64,000 nucleotides of DNA from an uncultured Candidatus Saccharibacteria bacterium (GTDB taxonomy: Bacteria > Patescibacteriota > Dojkabacteria > SC72). The DNA lies in the NCBI GenBank assembly GCA_964655705.1, contig CAZZPP010000003.1:37427-101426 (forward strand), read 5' to 3'. Below the pieces are notes generated by a model. It was not told where the DNA came from and did not search any database. It worked only from the letters and a program-made list of their open reading frames with translations. A program made the translations under genes and the position numbers. Within the stretch, counting starts at the first letter, position 1. Each line of letters opens with the position of its first letter. Shown here one piece after another: positions 57,218 to 64,000 of the stretch.

Positions 57218-57835
57218 CTAAACAATTAGAAATGAGGATATATTCCTTACAAGCTCACCCCTTAGTTTATCATCCTCCCTAATATATCTTGCTATCTCTA
57301 GTTGAACAGATGGGACCCTTAACTTATCAGCAACATACTCTCCAAGTGTCTCCTGCAAATCATCAGGACATCTAAATATACAAATATTAATACCCCTAAG
57401 TTTACCCATATCTATTGCTTTCGAGATATCATTAGCTAAAAGAATTGAATTGAAAAATTTTGTAGGATAGTAGATACCAATATCATACTTATATTCATCC
57501 CGAAGACCGTGAATATCTATGAATTTCTTAATCTTTTCTTTCTGTATAATATCAGCTACCTTAGATTTATATGGATTATCTTTTAATTTATGCCAATTAG
57601 GATCATATGCTGTCTCCTGATTTTGAATCACGCCCCATGCAGCTGTTCGAACTGTTACATCCTCTACAATCCTATCTGTAAATTGCTCTCCCCACTTGTA
57701 TGACATTGTTAAAGAAGGTCTCCTGTGAGGATATACATGTGGTGCAGATATACATACTGGAATACTGCCTTGTATGACTTTAATCTCTGATTCTTCTGGC
57801 ATATTTAAGGGTATCATATTCTTACCAATTTTCAT
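57218..57835 (-). CDS. Hypothetical protein, possibly N-formylglutamate amidohydrolase-like
   Basis: CISAPHV...PH and IDIHG blocks resemble FGase-family zinc hydrolases. The match is weak. Confidence 0.3.
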   Translation of the reverse strand: MKIGKNMIPLNMPEESEIKVIQGSIPVCISAPHVYPHRRPSLTMSYKWGEQFTDRIVEDVTVRTAAWGVIQNQETAYDPNWHKLKDNPYKSKVADIIQKEKIKKFIDIHGLRDEYKYDIGIYYPTKFFNSILLANDISKAIDMGKLRGINICIFRCPDDLQETLGEYVADKLRVPSVQLEIARYIREDDKLRGELVRNISSFLIV

Positions 57836-57921
57836 ATATCCGTATTATACAAGCCCATACCCCTATTGATGTAACTAATATGATGTGGTAGATTAAAATA
57901 ATAAATTATATTTTTCTAAAA

Positions 57922-58572
57922 ATGGTAAAAAGAAAACCATTGCTATTCTCCCTTGTAATTATGTTATTTCTGTTGCCAATATCTTTTGCTTTCGCGCAAG
58001 AAGATTCTACAATGGATTATGAGGTAACAACATATGAGGATGATATCGATTACGAATTGTTTGACGAGGAGTTCGCAGATACTATTGAAGATATGTATGA
58101 GAACGCTCCAGACGATATGTTAGTATCACCAACACCAGAGGAGATATCAAAAGAAGGAGTATTTGCAATTTTAGCAGGTATGGGAATACTAATGATTTTC
58201 CCACTTCTCATCTCCCTTGCTACTTACATATTTTCATCCTTAGCACTAGCTAAGATTGGAAATGATTTAGGATACAAAAACTCTTGGTTTGCATGGATAC
58301 CTTTACTAAGTACCATTATGCTAATGCAACTGGGAGAGAAGAGTGCTTGGTGGATATTAGTACCATTTGTAGGACAGATAATGATGATAATTGCAATTAT
58401 GAGAATTACTGAGCGAAGAGGATATGACAAACTATTAGGTCTAATAGTATTAACTGGTATAGGTGCATATGTATTACTCTATCTTTTAGCATGGAGTCCA
58501 AAAAATGCTACAACCCCAATACAAGCAAATACAACGACACCTGTGCAACCGACTACACCAACACAGATGTAA
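57922..58572 (+). CDS. Hypothetical membrane protein
   Basis: A signal sequence, an acidic segment, then about four TM helices and a Thr/Pro-rich tail. Confidence 0.35.
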   Translation: MVKRKPLLFSLVIMLFLLPISFAFAQEDSTMDYEVTTYEDDIDYELFDEEFADTIEDMYENAPDDMLVSPTPEEISKEGVFAILAGMGILMIFPLLISLATYIFSSLALAKIGNDLGYKNSWFAWIPLLSTIMLMQLGEKSAWWILVPFVGQIMMIIAIMRITERRGYDKLLGLIVLTGIGAYVLLYLLAWSPKNATTPIQANTTTPVQPTTPTQM

Positions 58573-58607
58573 TACATTGAAACAAGGTAGGGGATTAAGA
58601 GGGCTTT

Positions 58608-59744
58608 TTAGCCCTCTTTGCCTTCATCTATTAAAGGTATCTGAGTACTTAAATTAGTACCACCCTCTAACTTAACTAAATCCATCTTTCTTCTCATCTG
58701 ATTTACTCTAGTAGTAGTAACATCTGAATACTGTTTTTGAAGTTGATCAATCTTAACCCCTACTTTGTCAAACTCATCACTAAACTTGTCAAATTCCTTC
58801 TCTACTGCTTGGACATGTCCTACAATTTTAAAAATATTTTCCTGTACTCTAAAATTCTCGTAAGCCTGTTTAACCATACGAAGAATAGCAGTGAAACTAA
58901 AAGGACCAGCAAGAACAACCTTCTTACTCATAGCGTCCTCCCATATACTTGGCATCTTGTCATATATGAAGGAGAAAATCATTTCATTAGGAATAAAGAG
59001 AATTACAAAATCAACAGTCCTGTCTTCTGGACTAATATACTCCCTAGTAGTAACCTGTTTAATCTTGTCCTTAATATCCGCCTCAAACTCCTTCATATAT
59101 CTCTTTTTAGCATCACTATCATCTGTTTCAGTCATTCTTTGAAGTGCAGAGTAAGGGAATTTTGCATCAATATTAATCTTAGTCCTATCTGGTAAATATA
59201 CAGTAAAGTCAGGCCTTGCCCCATTGTCACTTTCTTGTCTAGTATAGTTTTCTCCTACTACAAAACCAGCCATTTTAAGTAAATCATCAGCAACTTGCTC
59301 TCCAAATTGACCCCTAAGCTGATTGTTAGAAAGAACCTTCTTTAAATTCTCAGTACTAACAGATAACTGTTCAGTAATCTTTTTGTATTCATCTAGTGAA
59401 TTCTTTAATGCAGAGAAAGAGTTAATCCTTTCTTTGTCTGAAACCTCTAACTCCTTTTTACTCTCTTTCAAATCTTCCTGAATTACCTTTACCAACCTCT
59501 CAATCTCCTCTCTTTTGTTCTCTAAATCTATCCTACTCTTATCTGACTGTGCTCCAAGTTTTTGATCAGCCATTCTAACCAAGCTCTCATTAGCTTGATC
59601 TAGAATATTTGGCATAATCTCATTTAGTTTAGCAGAGATAGTTTCAGTAATATCCTCACTCTGTTTACGATTACCCTTAAAGAAGAAGTAAAAGATACCT
59701 ACTCCTAACAGTAATCCTCCAATTAATCCTATTGCTAACTCCAT
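58608..59744 (-). CDS. rmuC: DNA recombination protein RmuC
   Basis: An N-terminal TM, a long coiled coil and the RmuC nuclease-like C-domain (DFVILFIPNE...). Confidence 0.75.
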   Translation of the reverse strand: MELAIGLIGGLLLGVGIFYFFFKGNRKQSEDITETISAKLNEIMPNILDQANESLVRMADQKLGAQSDKSRIDLENKREEIERLVKVIQEDLKESKKELEVSDKERINSFSALKNSLDEYKKITEQLSVSTENLKKVLSNNQLRGQFGEQVADDLLKMAGFVVGENYTRQESDNGARPDFTVYLPDRTKINIDAKFPYSALQRMTETDDSDAKKRYMKEFEADIKDKIKQVTTREYISPEDRTVDFVILFIPNEMIFSFIYDKMPSIWEDAMSKKVVLAGPFSFTAILRMVKQAYENFRVQENIFKIVGHVQAVEKEFDKFSDEFDKVGVKIDQLQKQYSDVTTTRVNQMRRKMDLVKLEGGTNLSTQIPLIDEGKEG

Positions 59745-59745
59745 A

Positions 59746-61026
59746 ATGGTAAAATGTTTAAAATTATTGTATTCTCATTTATTATACATTATGAACCTTA
59801 GTAAACATATTACTCAAAACAAAACCTTTCTTAATCATATATTGATAACGCTAGTTATTGGAGGAGTTATTCATTTCCTTAACTACCTCTTTAATATATA
59901 TTTAGCTAGAAATCTAGATACAACTAATTTCGGTTTCTACAATGCTGTAATTGGAATAGTTACATTAATACAGATACCAACAGTCGCAATTCAAACTGCA
60001 GTAACTAAGAAAGTAGCAAGTAAGAAAAATTTTGATCTAAGTACCTTTAAAAGAAAGTCTACTTTACAGCTTGTATTGATTGGGGGAGTAATCTCAGTAA
60101 TATTTCTACTCTTTGGTAATCAAATTGCAGATATTGCCAATATCCCACAAGGTCATATCTTACCTCTCTCCTTAATCGTGTTCGTATCAATAGTAAGTCC
60201 AGTAGCAAAAGGATTCTTACTAGGATTAGAGGAGATACTCTCTTTCAATATGGTCTTGTTAGCTGAAACACTCCTGAAGTTCGTAATTGGATATATTGCA
60301 CTACAGTCAGGCTCTGACCTTACCCTCATCATACTCTCATTCTCATTACCTGTACTCTTGACTACAGCTATTGTACTTCCCCTTACCAAAACAAAAAGTA
60401 AAATTCAAATTAAAAAGAGTCTTAAACTAGATTACAAACAAATCTCCTTAATATTTTTAACCTTCTTTCTACTTAATGTACCCTTTACAATGGATCTAAT
60501 ACTTGTAAACCCTGAAATTAGGGCATCATATGGAGCTCTTTCATTGATTGGAAAGATTGTTTACTTTGCTTCTGTCACCATTGCTACTGTAATGATTTCA
60601 AAACTATCAAACAGTGAAGAGAAATCTAGAAGAAAAAACCTCTTAATATCACTTTTCTTCTCTACTGGAATTGGAGGAGGTATAACTTTGATGTATTTCT
60701 TTTTTTCCAATGAGATTGTAAATCTTGTATTCTCTGGAATGTATCTTGATATTGTTAAATATGTAGTTCCCTATTCAATAGCTATGATTGTATACGCAAT
60801 ATCATACATGGTCATAACCTCTGAATTAGTAAATGACTCATATATCCATATACTTTTCTTAATATCCATTTCCATACTACAGGTTGTATTGTATAATGTG
60901 AATAATACAACTCTAGACGATGCTTTCATCAATCAGGTTGGAGTTTTTGGAGTACTCTTTCTTTTTGTACTCACTATTTTAATTTTCAAATCATTTAAAA
61001 AACATGGCCGCAAAAAAGACATGTAG
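59746..61026 (+). CDS. MOP-superfamily polysaccharide flippase (Wzx/MurJ-like)
   Basis: 426 aa with about 12 TM helices. The N-terminal pattern is typical of oligosaccharide flippases. Confidence 0.55.
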   Translation: MVKCLKLLYSHLLYIMNLSKHITQNKTFLNHILITLVIGGVIHFLNYLFNIYLARNLDTTNFGFYNAVIGIVTLIQIPTVAIQTAVTKKVASKKNFDLSTFKRKSTLQLVLIGGVISVIFLLFGNQIADIANIPQGHILPLSLIVFVSIVSPVAKGFLLGLEEILSFNMVLLAETLLKFVIGYIALQSGSDLTLIILSFSLPVLLTTAIVLPLTKTKSKIQIKKSLKLDYKQISLIFLTFFLLNVPFTMDLILVNPEIRASYGALSLIGKIVYFASVTIATVMISKLSNSEEKSRRKNLLISLFFSTGIGGGITLMYFFFSNEIVNLVFSGMYLDIVKYVVPYSIAMIVYAISYMVITSELVNDSYIHILFLISISILQVVLYNVNNTTLDDAFINQVGVFGVLFLFVLTILIFKSFKKHGRKKDM

Positions 61027-61471
61027 ATTAAAAAAGGGATGGGAAGATTTCAAATCTTTTGCACTTAAAGACAGTGTAATATCTCTTGCAATTGGTGTAA
61101 TCATTGGTGGTGCACTTAAGGGATTAATTGACTCCTTAGTAAATAATGTATTTACTCCTCCAATTGGTTTCCTAACTGCGAAATTAGATTTTGAGCAACT
61201 TTTCTTTACATTAGGAAAAACTCAGTACGAGACATTAGCCCAAGCTCAAGCTGAAAATGCAGTTGTAATTCAGTATGGTTTAGTACTCAACGCAATTTTC
61301 TCCTTCTTCATAACTGCTCTGGTACTCTTTTTTGTGAGCAAGACTGCTGCGAAGGCATCAGAGAAAAAGAAGAAAGAGGTAAAGAAAACTACTAAACAGT
61401 GTCCCTACTGCATGTCAGAGATTGATCTTAAGGCAAAAAAATGCCCTTTCTGTACAAGTAGTATTAAATAG
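61004..61471 (+). CDS. mscL: Large-conductance mechanosensitive channel with a C-terminal zinc-ribbon extension
   Basis: FKSFALKDSVISLAIGVIIGGALKGLIDSLVNNVFTPPIGF is the MscL TM1/periplasmic-loop signature. The C-terminus carries CPYC-x10-CPFC. Confidence 0.8.
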   Translation: MAAKKTCRLKKGWEDFKSFALKDSVISLAIGVIIGGALKGLIDSLVNNVFTPPIGFLTAKLDFEQLFFTLGKTQYETLAQAQAENAVVIQYGLVLNAIFSFFITALVLFFVSKTAAKASEKKKKEVKKTTKQCPYCMSEIDLKAKKCPFCTSSIK

Positions 61472-61483
61472 TTGGGTACTGAT

Positions 61484-61557
61484 TGGACAATAGTAGACTC
61501 GAACTACTGACCCCTACAATGTGAATGTAGTGCTCTAACCAACTGAGCTAATTGTCC
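61484..61557 (-). tRNA. tRNA-Val, anticodon CAC
   Basis: The reverse complement gives GGACAAT TA GCTC AGTTGGTTA GAGC A CTACA TTCACAT TGTAG GGGTC AGTAG TTCGAGT CTACT ATTGTCC A. Confidence 0.85.
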
Positions 61558-61766
61558 TGAGAAGGGGTAGGAGGAGTTCTATTAGGATCTCCCTGTGTAA
61601 CCTCTTTAGATGGGCTTTTAATACCATTAAGAACATTCCACATAATATATCCACCTAAAAGAAGAATGAATATTAACAAACCTGAAGTAAAATCCCCTAG
61701 AAACATTGCAACAATGCTAATAACTAGAGCAACTCCTGCAGCTATTACATATTTCATAAGGTTCAT
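61548..61766 (-). CDS. Small membrane hypothetical protein
   Basis: 72 aa with two TM helices and a Pro/Thr-rich tail. Its 3' end overlaps the tRNA-Val 5' end by about 10 nt. Confidence 0.3.
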   Translation of the reverse strand: MNLMKYVIAAGVALVISIVAMFLGDFTSGLLIFILLLGGYIMWNVLNGIKSPSKEVTQGDPNRTPPTPSQDN

Positions 61767-61874
61767 ATCTAATATACTTTCAACTTATTTATTCAGTATA
61801 TTACAATTAATCAATTTAGACAATTTTCTTAAATTGATATACCATCTACATACATAATATGACTTTTAAAGAAT

Positions 61875-62621
61875 ATGGAACCTATAGGCCCAATCGAAGA
61901 AGAAGAAGAAGAAAATGACGAAGTACTAACCACTTCTGAGGTTAAACAAGAAAAAAAGAAGGACCCAAGAAGATATGAAGAGATCTTTGTTGGCAGTTTT
62001 ACACAAGCAGTAGAGAAAATTGAAAAAGATACTGTATTTAATGACAATGAGTTTAATTTCTGTTTACTAGATATCGATGGAGTGTTGTTTGAAGATAATA
62101 GGGTTAAATTACCAATTCTAAGTCATAAAGTAGAACCTGAAATTACACAGGAAAACAGAGATTCATTTAATAGACTACTATCCATTACAGGAGATAGGTT
62201 AGCAATATCAACAAACAGAAGTGAGAATGAAACACATATATTTAATAGTAAAAGGGTTTTAGAAGAGGTTGAGGATATGGTTAAATCATCTTCACATAAA
62301 GCACTTCTCTTTACTGGGCTCTTTAAACAGATTCCGGGTCTTACAGTAGAAAATATATCAGATATACATAGGGATAACGATTTAGAATTAGAGAATTGGT
62401 CTGATTTTAAAGTAATGAAACCAAGAATAGATGCCCTAGTACAATATATTGGGAAATTAGCCACAGAGAAAGAATACCCTAAATACAACCTTACATCCAT
62501 AGAGGATTGGAGTGTTGCATCCCTCAATAGGAGAACCTTTTTAAGGTATGTAACTAGAAGATTAAGAAAAGAGTATGCAATTGATATCCGAAATATACAA
62601 AATTTTGTTATACAAAGGTAA
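61875..62621 (+). CDS. Hypothetical protein, possibly a HAD-like hydrolase
   Basis: An acidic N-terminus encoded by a (GAA)6 run. FCLLDIDGVLFED resembles HAD motif I (DxDG). Confidence 0.3.
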   Translation: MEPIGPIEEEEEENDEVLTTSEVKQEKKKDPRRYEEIFVGSFTQAVEKIEKDTVFNDNEFNFCLLDIDGVLFEDNRVKLPILSHKVEPEITQENRDSFNRLLSITGDRLAISTNRSENETHIFNSKRVLEEVEDMVKSSSHKALLFTGLFKQIPGLTVENISDIHRDNDLELENWSDFKVMKPRIDALVQYIGKLATEKEYPKYNLTSIEDWSVASLNRRTFLRYVTRRLRKEYAIDIRNIQNFVIQR

Positions 62622-62627
62622 GAGAAT

Positions 62628-63089
62628 TTACTCCTTATACTCCTTTAATATTGTATTCCCTAATTCAATCAGGAAATCTTTCTTAACATTCTTTTCTTTA
62701 AATCGATCGTAGTGATGTCCGAATGTCTCATCCTTAAATAACTCATTTCTAAATACAACCTCCTTACTATACCTAGGCCATACATGAAAGTGTAAGGCCT
62801 CAGGATTATTCTTGTTCTTTTCCTTGTACTGATTATTCATCAGACATGCCCAATTAAAATTGGTAGTACCAAATACTTTCCTCAAAGCTCTTTCATAACT
62901 ACTAATTAATGAAAATAGTTCTAGAATCTCTTCTTCACTTAATTCAGATATATGTTTTTTAGAAATTTCTCTTAATTCAATACTTGCTCTACCAAGATAG
63001 TATTGATTCTCCCAAAGAGTTATTAACCAGTATTTTCTCTGTGTAAGAATAATTTGGTTAGGATACAGGGGGTGAGATTTAAAAGACAT
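62628..63089 (-). CDS. HIT-family protein
   Basis: The histidine triad reads ALHFHVWPRY. Confidence 0.55.
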   Translation of the reverse strand: MSFKSHPLYPNQIILTQRKYWLITLWENQYYLGRASIELREISKKHISELSEEEILELFSLISSYERALRKVFGTTNFNWACLMNNQYKEKNKNNPEALHFHVWPRYSKEVVFRNELFKDETFGHHYDRFKEKNVKKDFLIELGNTILKEYKE

Positions 63090-63113
63090 ATTCTAATATT
63101 TATTCAAAAAAAA

Positions 63114-63187
63114 TGGGCGATATAGGATTCGAACCTATGACCCCTTCGGTGTAAACGAAGTGCTCTAGCCAGCTGAGCTAATCGCCC
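63114..63187 (-). tRNA. tRNA-Val, anticodon TAC
   Basis: The reverse complement gives GGGCGAT TA GCTC AGCTGGCTA GAGC A CTTCG TTTACAC CGAAG GGGTC ATAGG TTCGAAT CCTAT ATCGCCC A. Confidence 0.85.
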
Positions 63188-63220
63188 TAAACAGTGTGTA
63201 TTTTAGCAGAAAAACCCCAT

Positions 63221-63586
63221 TTATTCCAACTCTTCGTCATATACCAACTGTAAATGAGTATTGTTAGAATCTGTAAATACATGGCATTTGGCTCCTAAAA
63301 CACCCTCCTCTTCCTTCTCCATTTCTATTGGAAATGTTACTCTCCTAATATCTTCATTACACTCATATTCATATACATCTAATGTCCCTACACTCATACA
63401 GTTACTGTTTTGTGCAAGTAGTATTGCTTCAGATATAAACATATCACCACACATTGCATCTCTGTAAGAAAGTACCCTAGCAGTAGGTTTGAACCCATTT
63501 AAAATTTTTACAAAACCAAATATAAACATAGCAAGGAAAACAAATATCAAAATAGGCATAAACTTTCTTTCTCTACCCATAGCCAT
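63221..63586 (-). CDS. Membrane-anchored hypothetical protein
   Basis: 121 aa with an N-terminal TM and a Cys-containing acidic body. Confidence 0.3.
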   Translation of the reverse strand: MAMGRERKFMPILIFVFLAMFIFGFVKILNGFKPTARVLSYRDAMCGDMFISEAILLAQNSNCMSVGTLDVYEYECNEDIRRVTFPIEMEKEEEGVLGAKCHVFTDSNNTHLQLVYDEELE

Positions 63587-63613
63587 GGCAGTAATTACTC
63601 AAGTAAAAAAGAA

Positions 63614-64000
<387 letters not shown>

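Noticed and set aside
58573-58607. Hairpin AAGAGGGC-TTTTTA-GCCCTCTT between convergent genes, as a possible terminator.
   Set aside because: There is a stem-loop, but neither side has a proper U-tract. I left it unannotated as a low-confidence terminator.

Overview
This is a low-GC, gene-dense window. Intergenic spacers are short. It holds 11 tRNA genes and about 75 protein-coding genes. No rRNA, CRISPR array, reverse transcriptase or intact transposase was seen.

The gene content suggests a small-genome anaerobic bacterium, possibly CPR/Patescibacteria-like. This is inference only. The cues are compact proteins with lysine-rich tails, an archaeal-type AspRS, GatB/GatC with a GluRS followed directly by tRNA-Gln, and a desulfoferrodoxin. 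An intact RF2 and TAG-terminated genes indicate standard translation table 11.

Housekeeping genes: rnhB (partial), gatB-gatC, lepB, parA-parB, a TrmH-family methyltransferase, rpmA, a THUMP methyltransferase, rplU, the division block ftsW / DUF167 / ftsZ / ftsA / ftsQ, uppP, gpmI, prfB, ftsE-ftsX with an EnvC-like M23 protein, hpf, typA, ileS with a T-box leader, pepF, ung, a Nudix hydrolase, gltX with tRNA-Gln, a dacA-like carboxypeptidase, aspS, recA-recX-recJ, rmuC, a flippase, mscL and eno (partial).

Accessory regions:
- A tRNA-flanked NYN / PPC(DUF296) / Fic cluster at 1254-3616.
- A decayed integrative element at tRNA-Asn (26941-27910). It has a large-serine-recombinase C-terminal remnant and an AT-rich tract. 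An ATP-grasp ligase and secreted proteins follow it.
- A surface-related stretch with CapA-like, glucosaminidase-like, FkbM and YvcK genes.
- A PspC gene with two tandem toast-rack (DUF4097/LiaF-like) membrane proteins.

The most unusual observations:
- An EnvC-like protein downstream of ftsEX whose M23/LytM motifs appear in circularly permuted order.
- A Fic protein whose catalytic motif is completely degenerate.
- An ORF interrupted by one in-frame TAG near the tRNA-Asn island.
- A T-box riboswitch upstream of ileS.
- An MscL channel fused to a C-terminal CxxC...CxxC zinc ribbon.
- An FtsE with a long lysine/glutamate-rich tail.
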